Shown in pieces: positions 51,405 through 62,854 of a DNA stretch of 64,000 bases (position 1 is the stretch's first letter; every line of letters begins with the position of its first letter). The position numbers and the translations under genes were made by a program. Source of the stretch: an uncultured Gemmatimonadales bacterium (GTDB lineage: Bacteria; Gemmatimonadota; Gemmatimonadetes; Gemmatimonadales; GWC2-71-9); NCBI GenBank assembly GCA_963844035.1, contig CAWJMT010000009.1, forward strand, positions 1-64,000, given 5' to 3'. The notes beneath the pieces were generated by a model, which had not been told where the DNA came from, did no database searches, and saw only the letters and a program-made list of their open reading frames with translations.

Positions 51405-53279
51405 CTAGTGTGCCGGCGTATACCAGATCGGGCTGGTATAGGCCCGCTCCTGGAGGGTGCGCGCCAGGTTGGCCGGCGCCGCCAGGCCGGTGCGGAGGTG
51501 CTCCCAGGTACTCCAGCGGCAGGTCGGGTCCTCAAGCACGCGTACGTAGTAGAAAGCGCTCTGCGCGCCATCGAATGAGGGGTCGGTCCAGAACGCGGCC
51601 AGCTCGGCGTCGCCCTTCTCCTGCGAGAAGGCACAGTTCGTCGTGTCCACGGTGGCGCCGTTGTCGGGGCAGCGATTGGTGCCGGCGGCCGGCCGGCCGC
51701 CGTCGGCGCAGGCCACATCGAACACCCGCTCGTGCGTCTGTCCCGACGCATCGAGCCAACCCTTGATGATCTGCGCGCGCTGGAGCGGTGCGCTGTTCGG
51801 ATCGCGCGCGGCCCACAGCATGAACGTCGGGGCGCCGGTGCCGGCGCGGGCCGGCAGGTCGCTGCCCATGGGAACGCCGCCATGATAACCACGCTGTACC
51901 ATATCGGCTGCCGCGGCGTCAGCGGCCGAGTATGACCAGCCGCCGAAAAAGCGGACCCGGATGCGCGGGCCGGTGGTGCCGAAGGTCTCTCGGCGCGCCA
52001 TCGCGTCGAACAGCGACTCGCGGGTGTTCTCCTCGGCCCACACACCGGCCAGCCCGGCCGCACCGTAGGACCTGAATATGTTGCCCACCAGACTCGAGTC
52101 GCCGAGACGCACCTGCGGGGTGTCATCCTTTCGTCCGAGCATCCCGAAGTAGTTGCTCTCCTCGTATGGGCCGGCCGCGTTGTGCGTGTCGGAGGAACCG
52201 ACCACGCCGAACTTGAACGGATTCACCCCCACGCGAGCTTCGACCGCAAGGCCGGTACGAAGCGCTTCGCGCACGTAGCTGCCCGACGACCGGCCGTGCA
52301 CGGTGCCGGTCTGTTTCACCGGCCGGGATGAAGTCCGAGATCTCGGCACTGGCAAATTCATCGTTGGGCGAGAGGGCCGGGTGCGTTTCCGACCAGCCCT
52401 TGATCTGCGCGATCTCGACCAGCGGCTCGTTGCGGATGCGCGACTCCGCGTAGGCGCGGTCGATCGGGCGACCTTCCGAGTTGGCGTCGGGGAACATCAG
52501 CCCGTCGCTGAAATTGGAGTTGTGTGGAATGGCCAGCAACTGGATGCCGCGGGCCCGCGCGGCATCCATGTAGCGCCACAGGTCCTCGGGGCGCCGGGAG
52601 TCGAACGCCGTGAACGGGACCTCAGTGACCTGGTTTCCCCGAAACAGCACGTTGCGGTGCAGGTTGCGGTTCTTGAAATTCGAAGTCCATTCGTACCCAA
52701 TGAACGTCGTGAACCTTCCCGGGCGGTTGTAGCGTTCGGCCGTCTCCTGGATCCGCTGCCACGCCTGCCGCACCAGCGCGGGGGCCATCAAGGCGGGATC
52801 GGTTTGGCGGAGACGATGCTACCGCTGATCCGCTGCAGGGCTTGCTGCTGGCGCTCGGCGTCGCCGCTGTTCAGGTCGATTGCGATGGGGTGCCGCGCGA
52901 GCGGGTTCGCCGAGTCGAGCATGTCCGGCAGCACGCTCATGTACTCGGAGTGGTCGGTGACGGCGTAGAAGTCGAGCGGGCCACCGTGCAGGCGCACGTA
53001 CCCGGTGCCGACGTGCGGGATAGAATCGCCCAGGGCGTAGTGATACGCATCGTCCGGCGTCACGCGCACGTTGCTCATGAACGCATCCGGCGACCAGCTC
53101 GTATGCACGTGAGTATCGCCGAAATAGGCGTTCCGCAGGGGGTTTCTGGCCGGGCGGTCGGCCTGCCCGGGCGGGCCGCCGCTCGTCACGGAGGCCGACC
53201 TCTCCGGGCGACTTGTGCATGCGGCAAGTGCCACGAGTAGCGCGACGGCGAGTGTGGCGCGTGGAATCGGGAAGCGCAT
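51405..53279 (-). CDS. DUF3604 (PHP-like metallohydrolase) lipoprotein (frameshifts near 52790 and 52330)
   Basis: YFGDTHVHTSWS.DA, LDFYAVTDHSE, GYEWTS, NLHRNV, IPHNSN.SDG, QERAYTSPIWY. Confidence 0.85.
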
Positions 53280-54280
53280 CACCACGGGGTCCAGAACGAG
53301 ACGGTGCGTTGCACGGCCCAGAATGCCGCCGTGGTGCCGATGCCGTAGGCCGGCAGGCGCCATGCCCGGGCAGGCAACGGCACCGCGAGGCGACGGGCCA
53401 ACGCCGACACGGCGAGCACCGCCGCCACGAACAGCAGCTGGCCTAGTTCAACCCCAATGTTGAACTGGAGCAGCGCCAAAGGGATCTGCCCCTCCGGCAA
53501 ACCGATCTCGGCGAGCGCGCCGGCGAACCCCAGACCGTGCAGCAGCCCAAAGGTGAACGCCACCACCCAGGGCGCCCGGCTGGTGAGTCCGGGCCGGCCT
53601 TGCTTGAGATACGCCAGCTCCGCGGCCAGGAACACCACGCTCAGCGCGATCGTGGCCTCTACCGGCCGGCCGGGCACGTGCACGGCCCCCAGCGTGGCCA
53701 GCGCCAGCGTCATGCTGTGGGCCACGGTGAATGCGGTGATGGTCTTCAGCAGCACCACGCGGGTGGGCACGATGAGTATCAGCGCCAGCACGAACAGCAG
53801 GTGGTCCACGCCGCCCAGGATGTGCTCAACGCCCAGCATGAGATACGTGCGCGCCACCTGCCAGGCGCTCGGCACGGCGGGCACGACGAGCGAGGGTGCC
53901 GTCGGCTTGACGCGCTGGATGATCGTGCGGCCGTCGCGCGTCTCGATGCGCACCAGGACCTCGATCAACGTACCGGAGAGACCCTGGATGGAGATGGTCT
54001 GGCCCGCCAGCGAACTGGCGCAGGCCACGGTCCAGCGCTCGAGAACAGCGGTCTGTGTTTCGTAGGTCGTCGCGGGACCCTGGGAGCGACACCCGGCCGG
54101 CAGCACGGGCCGCAGGTTGAACCGCATGCCGCCGAGCATCGGCATCTTGAACAGCACTTCGAACACCCCGGGCGACGCCTCCCGCAGCTCGAGATAACCC
54201 GGTCGGACTTCGTGGGCACTCGCCGCCCCGGCGGCGAGCAACAGCGCCGCTGCCAGCAGCGGCGCGGGTGCGACCCTCAT
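53279..54280 (-). CDS. HupE/UreJ family protein
   Basis: AHEVRPGYL, GVEHIL.G.DHLLF, TAFTVAHS.TL, FGLLHGLGFA, FNIGVELGQ. Confidence 0.88.
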   Translation of the reverse strand: MRVAPAPLLAAALLLAAGAASAHEVRPGYLELREASPGVFEVLFKMPMLGGMRFNLRPVLPAGCRSQGPATTYETQTAVLERWTVACASSLAGQTISIQGLSGTLIEVLVRIETRDGRTIIQRVKPTAPSLVVPAVPSAWQVARTYLMLGVEHILGGVDHLLFVLALILIVPTRVVLLKTITAFTVAHSMTLALATLGAVHVPGRPVEATIALSVVFLAAELAYLKQGRPGLTSRAPWVVAFTFGLLHGLGFAGALAEIGLPEGQIPLALLQFNIGVELGQLLFVAAVLAVSALARRLAVPLPARAWRLPAYGIGTTAAFWAVQRTVSFWTPW

Positions 54281-55179
54281 CGCGTGTTCCCGCCGAGGCT
54301 GAGACCCCGAAACGCGGCGCTGTCGATGGTCACCGTGTAGCGGCGCCGCAGCGACGCGTAGCGCTGGGCGTTGCCGTCGTTGCGGCGCTGGAGGTCGTAG
54401 TCCTGGGTCACCAGCGCCGCGACTTCGTCGAGTGCGGGCAGGCGCCCCGGAGTGCGCCCGATGACGCGGACCAGGTGCAGGCCGAAGCTGGAGGTCACCG
54501 GGCCCTGCCATCCCGGAACCTGCGGCAGTGCGAACAGCGATTCGGCGAACATGCCGCCGAACAATTGGGCGATCTCGTCGGGCGAGCGCTCGGCGAAGTC
54601 GTACTGGAGCATGAACCGGTCGCCCAGGTCCGGGGCCCGGGCTGGCGCACCGGCGCGGCGCAGCCCGGCCAGGGCGCGCTCGGCATCAGCGCGGGCCGCG
54701 CCGCCGCGCCGATCGGTGCTGAAGTAGACGTGGGTGAAAGTGAGTCTCAGCGGCAGCCGGTAGCGTTCCTGGTTCGCCGCGAAGAACCGCTCCAGCTCCT
54801 GACGCGTCGGGGGCCGCTGTGTGGCCACGTCTTCGGTGAGGAACCCCATCTTCTGCACCATGCGGCGCTTGACGATGATGTCGTCGCGGTCCAGGTGCAT
54901 CGCGAGAGCCTCGCGATACAACACCTCTTCGCGCACGTAGTCATCGACCAGACCGCGGAGCTCCGAGTCGGTGGGGGGCCGGCGATACTGCTGGAGCCAC
55001 GTCGTGGCCATCCACGCCAATTCGTCCGGGCCGACGTCGATCCGGGTGGTGCGGCGGCCAATTGCCAGGGGGTTGACCAGCGCCTGGAGCACGAACAGCC
55101 CGGCCCCAAGGACGATGAAGTGCACGAGTGGCTCACGGACGAGGCGACCCAGGAGGCCGCGCCCTGAGTGTTCCGTCAT
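54277..55179 (-). CDS. PpiC-type peptidyl-prolyl isomerase-like protein
   Basis: REPLVHF, REEVLYREA..L...D.IV.RR, WQGPV.SSFGLHLV. Confidence 0.82.
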   Translation of the reverse strand: MTEHSGRGLLGRLVREPLVHFIVLGAGLFVLQALVNPLAIGRRTTRIDVGPDELAWMATTWLQQYRRPPTDSELRGLVDDYVREEVLYREALAMHLDRDDIIVKRRMVQKMGFLTEDVATQRPPTRQELERFFAANQERYRLPLRLTFTHVYFSTDRRGGAARADAERALAGLRRAGAPARAPDLGDRFMLQYDFAERSPDEIAQLFGGMFAESLFALPQVPGWQGPVTSSFGLHLVRVIGRTPGRLPALDEVAALVTQDYDLQRRNDGNAQRYASLRRRYTVTIDSAAFRGLSLGGNTR

Positions 55180-55190
55180 GTCGCCGCCCG

Positions 55191-56361
55191 TCAGGACGCG
55201 CGCAGCGCTCCCACGATGCTCAGGCGCGCGGCACGAATCGCGGGGAAAAATCCGCCCACCACACCCATGATCACCGCAAACGCCAGCGCGCCAAAGACGA
55301 CTTCCGGCGACATCGAGAAGCCGAACGCGATCTCCGAGAACGAGGTGAAATTCACGGTCGAGACGCGCGCGAACGAAAGCAGCGACGCCAGCCCCACGCC
55401 GATGCCGCCGCCGATCACGGCCAGGACCATCGACTCCACGAGGAACGCGGCCAGCACGCTCCGGCGGTGGAACCCCAACGCGCGCAGCGTGCCGACCTCC
55501 ACCACCCGGTTCGCCACGGCGGCGTACATCGTGATCATGGCGCCGATCATCGCCCCGACGCTGAAGATGATGGTGACCATCAATCCCATGATGCGAATGA
55601 ACGTGGCCAGGGCCTGCGACTGCTCGTTGTAGTAGGTCCGCTCGGGCTTGAGTTCGATGTACTGCGTCCGGGGATCGGCTTGCATGCGCGCTTTGAGACC
55701 GTCGAACTGGGCGCCATTGCGCAGCCGCAACGTGACCGACGAGTACGAGGGGCGTCCGAACGATTGCATCAGCTGGTCCACGTCGCCCCAAATTTCTGAA
55801 TCGAACCCGGTGCCCCCTGCGTCGAACAACCCGACCACCGTCCAGCGATCGCCGGCGAATGACAGCTCCGCGCCAAGCGCCACTCCCTGAAACCGCCGGG
55901 CGATGTTGCTGGCCACGACCACTTCGTGAGTGCCGAACTGGAAGGGGCGTCCGGCGGTGACATGCACTCCCGGTCGCAGCTCGAAGCGCCCGCGGCGATA
56001 CGCCGCGAATCGACACGTTGCCGAGCCCATTCGTCTGCTTGCGGTACAGCCCGGCCACGAGCATCAGCTCTTTCGAGATGAGCGGCCGGCCGTCGGCTGC
56101 CGCCGCCACCTCCGGTTGCGATTCCAGAATGGCGGCAGACTCCCGATCGACCTGACTCACCAGCTCCGATGTCGCCGAGCGGCGCAACACGATGACGTTG
56201 TCCGGCGCCCCCGTCTCAACCAGTGTTTCCCGGAGGCCGCGAGCAAGCATCAGGACGCCCGCGAACACGAACACCACCAGCGACACGCCGCCGATGGTCA
56301 GGGCCGTGGTCAGGCGGCGCGCCCACAGGCTGCGCCAGATGTATGAGAAGGGAATGCGCAT
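55191..56361 (-). CDS. MacB/FtsX-like ABC permease (frameshift near 55985)
   Basis: EVGTLRALGF, GGFFPAIRAAR. Confidence 0.85.
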
Positions 56362-56370
56362 GGCCCCGCC

Positions 56371-57539
56371 CTAGCCGATCATCCGGAGCCCGGACACGAT
56401 CGGTGTCCGGAGCGCCCGCACGGTAGGAACAGCCGCCGCCGCCAGGCCTGAGAGCAGCGCAGCGCCGAGCGCCAGAACGATCGTAAGCGGTTCCACACGG
56501 ACGATCGGGAAGAACCCCGGCAGCGCCGCGCCAAAGCCGCCCACGATCGGGAACGTGAGCGCCAGCCCGAGCAACCCGCCGCACACCGCGATCAGCAGCG
56601 ATTCCCCGATGATGAAGCCGGCGATGTGGCGCCCCTGAAATCCCAGGGTCTTCAGGACCGCGTACTCCCGGGTCCGCTCGCGCGCCGTCATCAGGATCGT
56701 GTTGGCCAGCACCAGCAGGATGATGCCCACGATGACGAACGAGACCACCTTGAGCGACGTGATGATGGCGCTCGACATCGACACGAAGCTCTGCTGGAAC
56801 TCGCGCTCACTTTCCGTCTTGGTCGGGGCGCGCGAGTTCGTGAACAGGCTGTCCACCGCTGCGCCGATGCGCGCCATGTCTGCCAGGGCCGCCCACCCGC
56901 AACACGAAGAATCCCGCTTCGGTCGACCGTCCCGGCTCCCGCTGCTTGACCTGCTCGTACAGATACTCCCAGTGGAAGAACATCTGCGTCTCGTCCACCG
57001 CCGGGTCCCGACCCGTGTAGATACCGCGCACCACGAACTGCCAGGGACCGGGATAGATGTCCCCTTCCATCGTGATCACGTCGCCGATCTTGAAGCCGTG
57101 GTCCGTCGCGACCTTGCGCGCCGAGGATGCACGCGCTGCGCTCCTTGCGGAACGCGGCGAGCTGGTCGGGAGGCACCACGAACTCAGGGTAAAGCCCGAA
57201 GTAGGATTCGGCGTCCACCGCGAACCGCGGCCAGAAGTTCTTGAAATCGCTCGGGTCGCCGTACACGCCGCCGAACCAGTTCGCCCAGGAGACTCCGGTC
57301 ACGCCGGGGATCCGGCCGATCGCGTCGCGGTCGACGAGCGGGACGGGAAAGATGATCGAGACCTTGTGACGGGTGATCATGCGGTTCGCGGCCGAGGCCT
57401 CGACCCCTGCGTTCCACGCCGTGACGATCGTGCGGATCAAGCCGAACGCCATCACCGCCGTCGCGATCCCGACCATGGTGAGAATGGTGCGCAGCCGGTG
57501 CCGGAACGCGTTTCGCAAGACGATCTTGACGATGGCCAT
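56371..57539 (-). CDS. MacB/FtsX-like ABC permease (frameshifted)
   Basis: [30 protein letters not shown]. Confidence 0.85.
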
Positions 57540-57551
57540 CGCTCCCCCGTC

Positions 57552-58226
57552 CTACTGCAGCTCACCCTTGTCGAGGTGCCGCACCGTGTGCGCCCGCTCG
57601 GCCGCGTGCGGGTCGTGCGTCACCATGACAATGGTCTTGTGGAACTCGCGATTGAGCCGCTCGAGCAGCGTCAACACCTCGTCCGCAGCCTGCCGGTCGA
57701 GGTCGCCGGTGGGCTCGTCAGCCACGATGATCGTGGGATCGGGCACGATCGCCCGCGCGATCGCGACGCGCTGCTCCTGTCCACCGGAGAGCTGGCGGGG
57801 GTAGTGATGCATCCGGTCCGCGAGGCCCACCAGACTCAGCGCCGCTTCGACGTGCTGCTTGCGATCGGCCTTGGACAACGGCGTCAGGAGCAGCGGCAGC
57901 TCGACGTTCTCGTACGCCGTGAGGACCGGGAGCAGGTTGTAGAACTGGAACACGAAGCCGATGTGCCGTGCCCGCCATTTGGCGAGGTCGGACTCGCCCA
58001 GGCGAGTGACGTCGGTTCCGCCCACCGTGACGCTCCCCGCGTTCGGGCGATCGATCCCGGCGATGAGATTGAGCAGGGTCGTCTTGCCGGAGCCGGAGGG
58101 GCCCATGAGGGCGATGAACTCTCCGTCCGGGATGTCGAGCGTGATGTCGTGCAGCACCGGGATCGCGAGGCTATCGCGACGGTACGATTTGGCGACGCCG
58201 CGAATTTGAATGATCGGACTGGTCAT
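57552..58226 (-). CDS. ABC transporter ATP-binding protein (LolD/MacB-like)
   Basis: [23 protein letters not shown]. Confidence 0.93.
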   Translation of the reverse strand: MTSPIIQIRGVAKSYRRDSLAIPVLHDITLDIPDGEFIALMGPSGSGKTTLLNLIAGIDRPNAGSVTVGGTDVTRLGESDLAKWRARHIGFVFQFYNLLPVLTAYENVELPLLLTPLSKADRKQHVEAALSLVGLADRMHHYPRQLSGGQEQRVAIARAIVPDPTIIVADEPTGDLDRQAADEVLTLLERLNREFHKTIVMVTHDPHAAERAHTVRHLDKGELQ

Positions 58227-58236
58227 GGAGGATTCC

Positions 58237-59427
58237 TTACCGGACCGTGACTTTGACACCGGGCTGCACACGGTCGCTGATGCTGTCGATCACCAGCGCA
58301 CCGGGCGCGAGGCCCTGAAGAATGCTGACGGCACTTCCCAGCCGCTTGCCGGTGGCGACCGGTATCTCGGCCGCCCGGCCCCCGTTCACCATATAGACGA
58401 CGGTGCGCCCGCCGCGGTCCGCCACCGCGCTCGCGGGCACGGTCAGGACGGACTGCGTATCCGCCTCCGTCGCTTGGACCGATGCCGGGAGAAAGTGCAC
58501 CTTGGCGGCCATTTCTGGCAACACGCGCGCATCGTAGGAGCGGAACGCCACCTTCACCTGGACCGTAGCCTTCGCACGATCCGCGGTGGGCACGATCATC
58601 GCGACCGATGCGGGATACCGCTGGTCCGGGTAGGCATCGAGCACGATCTCGCTGGGCTGCCCGACGGCGACTCCTTCAAGATTCGACTCCGAAACATCCG
58701 CCTCCACCTCGAGCGAGCGCAGGTCTGCAATCGACACCACGGCCGCTTTGGAAAACGCGCTCGCGGCGAGTGGCGCAACCACTTCGCCCACGTCGGCGTC
58801 CTTGGTCAGGACCGTCCCGTCGAACGGGGCACGGATGACCGTGTTCTCCAACGCCACCTCCGCGCCCTCGACCATCGCCTGGGCTACCGCGATCCCGCTC
58901 TTCACCTGGAGATAGCGCGCTTCCGCCGAGTCGACGCTCGCCGACGTGGTGTACCCGCTGTCCTTCAGCACCCGCGCACGCGACAGCGACTGCTCCACGT
59001 TGTGAAGATCGGCCTGGCTGAGCTGCAGGTTCGCGCGGGCCTGCGCGAGCTGCGCTCGAACATCCGCGTCCTCGAGCCGCGCGATCACCTGGCCCTTTCG
59101 GACCCGGTCCCCTTCCACCACGCCCAGATAGACGAGCCGCCCGGTGCCCTTCGACGCCACCGCCGCGCGGCGCTGCGCCACGACGTAGCCGCTGGCCACG
59201 AGCGTCGCGCCAAGTCGCCTCGGGGAGACCATGGTTGCAGGAGCCATGCGCACTTCGAGTGTGGAGTGGAACATGCCACGAGCGAGGAGGACCAAAGCGA
59301 CGAGGAGCACTGCGCTCCCTGCCATGATCGCCATGCTCCCCCGCTGCCGCGCGGGAGCGGGTGCGGCCGTCGGCTCGGCACCCCGGTTGATCCGCAGCGC
59401 GGAGAGATCTGCGTTCTTGGCATCCAT
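58237..59427 (-). CDS. Efflux membrane-fusion (MacA-like) adaptor
   Basis: ASGYVVA, EGDRV.KGQ, IRAPFDG, P.ADR.KATV.V. Confidence 0.9.
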   Translation of the reverse strand: MDAKNADLSALRINRGAEPTAAPAPARQRGSMAIMAGSAVLLVALVLLARGMFHSTLEVRMAPATMVSPRRLGATLVASGYVVAQRRAAVASKGTGRLVYLGVVEGDRVRKGQVIARLEDADVRAQLAQARANLQLSQADLHNVEQSLSRARVLKDSGYTTSASVDSAEARYLQVKSGIAVAQAMVEGAEVALENTVIRAPFDGTVLTKDADVGEVVAPLAASAFSKAAVVSIADLRSLEVEADVSESNLEGVAVGQPSEIVLDAYPDQRYPASVAMIVPTADRAKATVQVKVAFRSYDARVLPEMAAKVHFLPASVQATEADTQSVLTVPASAVADRGGRTVVYMVNGGRAAEIPVATGKRLGSAVSILQGLAPGALVIDSISDRVQPGVKVTVR

Positions 59428-59539
59428 ATTCAATCAGCGCTGGCTCTGAATCCGGGGTGGCCGGGCTGGTGAAGATAGGCCGGACGCACGGGGACGCCAA
59501 GTGTGGCGTCGTCGAGGCACGGCGCATAGGTTCTCGCGC

Positions 59540-60187
59540 ATGCCGCACGTGGACTTCCCGAACCTCACCGTTTTGAACCACCCCCTGATCCAACACAAAC
59601 TCACCATTCTGCGCGACAAGCGAACGGGCACGCGCGATTTCAGGCAGCTTGCCGGTGAGATCGCGATGCTCATGGCGTACGATGTGACGAAGGACCTGGA
59701 CCTGGAGCCGCTCGAGATCGAAACACCCCTCGAATCGATGCGCGGCGTCGAGGTGGCAGGGAAGAAGCTCACCCTGGTGCCGATCCTCCGGGCCGGGCTC
59801 GGCATGGTGGACGCAATCTCGCAGCTCATCCCTTCGGCTCGCGTCGGTCACATCGGTCTCTACCGCGACCATGAGAGTCTTCGCCCCGTGGATTACTACT
59901 TCAAGATCCCCGGGAGCGAGCAGGATCGCACCTTTTTCGTGCTCGACCCGATGCTTGCGACCGGAGGCTCGGCGGTCGCGGCAACGACCGCGCTCAAGCA
60001 CGCCGGCGCGCGGCGGATTCGCTTCCTGTGTCTGGTCGCGGCCCCTGAAGGCGTACGGCGCATGCTCGCCGCCCACGCCGACGTGCCGCTATACGCCGCC
60101 GCGCTCGATCGCCAGCTCAACGAACACGGCTACATCCTTCCCGGCCTCGGTGACGCGGGCGATCGGTTGTTCGGCACGGGGCGGTGA
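59540..60187 (+). CDS. upp: Uracil phosphoribosyltransferase
   Basis: [32 protein letters not shown]. Confidence 0.97.
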   Translation: MPHVDFPNLTVLNHPLIQHKLTILRDKRTGTRDFRQLAGEIAMLMAYDVTKDLDLEPLEIETPLESMRGVEVAGKKLTLVPILRAGLGMVDAISQLIPSARVGHIGLYRDHESLRPVDYYFKIPGSEQDRTFFVLDPMLATGGSAVAATTALKHAGARRIRFLCLVAAPEGVRRMLAAHADVPLYAAALDRQLNEHGYILPGLGDAGDRLFGTGR

Positions 60188-60238
60188 CGCTGGCGCGCGA
60201 CACCTCGGAGCGGTTCCCCCAGTCTCTATATTCCCCCC

Positions 60239-60841
60239 ATGACGTTCTGGACCGTACGCCGGCGACTGTTCGTCACCGCCGTACTCGCGGTGCTGCTGCT
60301 CATGGGCTGGGCCGCCCTGATCATTGCCGTCTCAGTCACTGGCGAACGCGATCAGGCGACCACCACCGACGCGATTGCGGTCCTCGGCGCCGCCCAATAC
60401 AACGGACGGCCCTCTCCAGTGTTTCGGGCCCGGCTCGATCACGCGGCGGCCCTGTATCAGCGGGGGTACGCACCGGTCGTATTGGTGACGGGGGGTGTCG
60501 GCTCCGGGGAGACCCAGAGCGAGTCCGACGTCGGCCGGCGCTATCTGCTCAAGCTCGGGCTCCCCGACCATAGCCTCGTCGCCCTCAATGCGGGCTCGAG
60601 TACGTATTCGTCGTTGGTGAGCGTGGCGGGTTGGTTTCGCGACAAGCAGAGTCGCCGCACGTTGCTGGTGAGCGACGGGTTCCATATGCTCCGACTCAAG
60701 ATCATCGCCGCACGCCTAGGCCTCGTCCCCTTCACATCGCCCGTCCCGAATTCGCCGATCGGCGCGAATCCCCGGCTCCACGCCAGTTACCTGCTGCTCG
60801 AGGGCCTCAAGGTCCCCGTGACCTGGCTCTTTCAACACTAG
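60239..60841 (+). CDS. YdcF/DUF218 family protein
   Basis: VLGAA, RLDHA, VTGG, VSDGFHM.R. Confidence 0.88.
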   Translation: MTFWTVRRRLFVTAVLAVLLLMGWAALIIAVSVTGERDQATTTDAIAVLGAAQYNGRPSPVFRARLDHAAALYQRGYAPVVLVTGGVGSGETQSESDVGRRYLLKLGLPDHSLVALNAGSSTYSSLVSVAGWFRDKQSRRTLLVSDGFHMLRLKIIAARLGLVPFTSPVPNSPIGANPRLHASYLLLEGLKVPVTWLFQH

Positions 60842-60852
60842 GGAGGAAGCGC

Positions 60853-61392
60853 ATGCTGCTCGACACCCGCCGAGTGTACACCGGAAAGGTCGTGCGCTTG
60901 GATGTGGACACGGTGGGCTTTCCCGACGGATCGACGGGGGACCTCGAGCTCATCCGGCACCCCGGCGCGGCGGCCGTCATCCCCTGTGCGAGCGATCCCG
61001 CTGGGGGGGACCCGAGCATTCTGATGATCAGACAGTTTCGCCATGCGGCCGGTGGCCCGCTGTGGGAGATCCCTGCCGGGACTCTCGCCCCGGGCGAGAC
61101 GCCCGAAGCGTGTGCGCACCGCGAACTGCGGGAGGAGACGGGCGTTGTGGCCGAACGAGTCGAGCGGCTCACCTCGATCTACACCACCCCGGGATTCACT
61201 GACGAAGTGATTCACCTGTTCTGGGCCCAAGGCCTGACGATGGGGGAGGCGGCGCGCGAGCGGGACGAGTTTATCGAGGTGGTGCCACAGCCCCTGTCCC
61301 AAGTCCTGGCGGGCATTCGTGGGGGGGAAATCCGCGACGCGAAAACGGTAGTCGCTATCCTTTATATGGCGGGATTCATTTTGGGTGTGTAG
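60853..61392 (+). CDS. NUDIX hydrolase (ADP-ribose pyrophosphatase-like)
   Basis: HPGA, QFR, EIPAG...ACAHRELREETG. Confidence 0.9.
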   Translation: MLLDTRRVYTGKVVRLDVDTVGFPDGSTGDLELIRHPGAAAVIPCASDPAGGDPSILMIRQFRHAAGGPLWEIPAGTLAPGETPEACAHRELREETGVVAERVERLTSIYTTPGFTDEVIHLFWAQGLTMGEAARERDEFIEVVPQPLSQVLAGIRGGEIRDAKTVVAILYMAGFILGV

Positions 61393-61589
61393 AGCCACAG
61401 GTGTAGCCCGAGGGGGACAGGCCCCCTCCCACCCTCCGAGGGAACAATCGTAAGTCGTTCCCAGTTAATAACCTTAAAGTGGGCTGCGACGGGTACGGTT
61501 CCTGCCGTATCTATACATATGGAGGGGCTGGTCAGGATGTGCCGGTAAGTTTCTTTCTGCAACGCGGGAGTCGCCATGCGAACGGTCCT

Positions 61590-62222
61590 ATGAAGAGCAA
61601 GTCGCAGCCGGTTGAAAGCCCACGTGCGGTGGAGCGCCAGACGCTCCATGAACTCGACGACAGTCAGCTCGTACAACGCCATCTGAGCGGTGACGCCCAG
61701 GCCTTTGGCGCTGTGGTCGACCGGTACCAGACCAGGTTGCTGAACTTCATCAATCGGACGATCGGGGATCGCGAGCGCTCGGAAGACCTCGTACAAGAGG
61801 TCTTTATCCGGGTGTTCCGGCATCTGCACCGCTTCGATCAGACGAAGAAGTTCTCGACGTGGATCTACACCATTGCCTCGAACCTCGGCAAGAACGAGTT
61901 GCGGAATCGGAGTCGCAATCCCTTGGTCCTGTTTCAGACCATCAAGAAGAACTGGGAGGCAGACCACCGACCGCTGCAGTTCGAAGACACGGCGGCACGG
62001 CCCGACGACCTGTACCGCAAACGGTTTCTCAAAGAGGCCGTCGATCAGTGTGTCGGGCAGCTCCCGGTCCATCACCGGGCCGTCTTCGTACTCCGCGAGC
62101 TCGAGGGAAAGAGCTACGCCGAGATCGCCGACATCACCGGCTGCAACCTCGGCACGGTGAAAAGCCGGCTGAATAGGGCCCGGAACAGCTTCGCGCAAAC
62201 GATAGCACCGCTGCTCGAATAG
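61590..62222 (+). CDS. ECF RNA polymerase sigma factor (RpoE-like)
   Basis: EDLVQEVF, FSTWIYTIA.N, SYAEIA...GTVKSRLNRAR. Confidence 0.92.
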   Translation: MKSKSQPVESPRAVERQTLHELDDSQLVQRHLSGDAQAFGAVVDRYQTRLLNFINRTIGDRERSEDLVQEVFIRVFRHLHRFDQTKKFSTWIYTIASNLGKNELRNRSRNPLVLFQTIKKNWEADHRPLQFEDTAARPDDLYRKRFLKEAVDQCVGQLPVHHRAVFVLRELEGKSYAEIADITGCNLGTVKSRLNRARNSFAQTIAPLLE

Positions 62223-62265
62223 CCCCCTCCCGCCCCTCCCCCCCTACACCGGGGCGGGAGGGGGG
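62223..62265 (+). terminator. GC-rich hairpin between the ECF sigma and anti-sigma genes
   Basis: CCCCCTCCCGCCCC/GGGGCGGGAGGGGG 14-bp inverted repeat; no U tract. Confidence 0.4.
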
Positions 62266-62309
62266 CGGGGAACCCCACGCCGATCCGTATGGTAGTACAT
62301 TTCCCAGCC

Positions 62310-62801
62310 ATGACTTGCGCAGAGTTTCTACACCGCTACACGGAGTTCCGTGACGGCCTCCTGACCAGCCCAGGGGAGGCACGGCGCTTCGGACGCCACT
62401 TGGCGGAATGTCCCAACTGCCGCAACTACGAAGGGACGCTACGACGCGGCGTGCAGGCGCTGCAGACGGTGGAGGTCCTGGTGCCGTCCGCGGACTTCCG
62501 TGCCCGTTTGGACTCGCGGTTGCGGAGCGAGGGGCTAGGGTCGGGACCGAAGCCGTCGGCGCGCACCGGCGTCGCCGCGGCGCTGTTCATCGCGGTCGCG
62601 ATTGCGCTCCTGGCCCTCGCCGGAGTGAAGCGGGTCGGGGTGGCCCACGCACCGATGCTCCCTCCAGTGCCGTTCCCCAAGCCGGTCGCACAGGCCGGGG
62701 TTCCGTTCGTCACATTCCAGGATCCCCGCGCGAGCGTGGTAATCAGCAACCCCAATCCCTACGGCACCGCTCTCGTCGAGCCTGCCGTCGCACGACGTTA
62801 G
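62310..62801 (+). CDS. Zinc-finger (ZAS, HxxxCxxC) anti-sigma factor
   Basis: MTC...HLAECPNC, single TM helix, downstream of the ECF sigma. Confidence 0.85.
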   Translation: MTCAEFLHRYTEFRDGLLTSPGEARRFGRHLAECPNCRNYEGTLRRGVQALQTVEVLVPSADFRARLDSRLRSEGLGSGPKPSARTGVAAALFIAVAIALLALAGVKRVGVAHAPMLPPVPFPKPVAQAGVPFVTFQDPRASVVISNPNPYGTALVEPAVARR

Positions 62802-62854
62802 CGACCGCTCCCGCACTTTCTTCGAACCCGTCGCAGCGATAACTTCCGCCGCGT

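Noticed and set aside
54277..56361. 694-aa apparent permease-PpiC fusion ORF
   Set aside because: Artefact of a frameshift near 55985; the middle part is out-of-frame sequence and each gene has its own start or stop.
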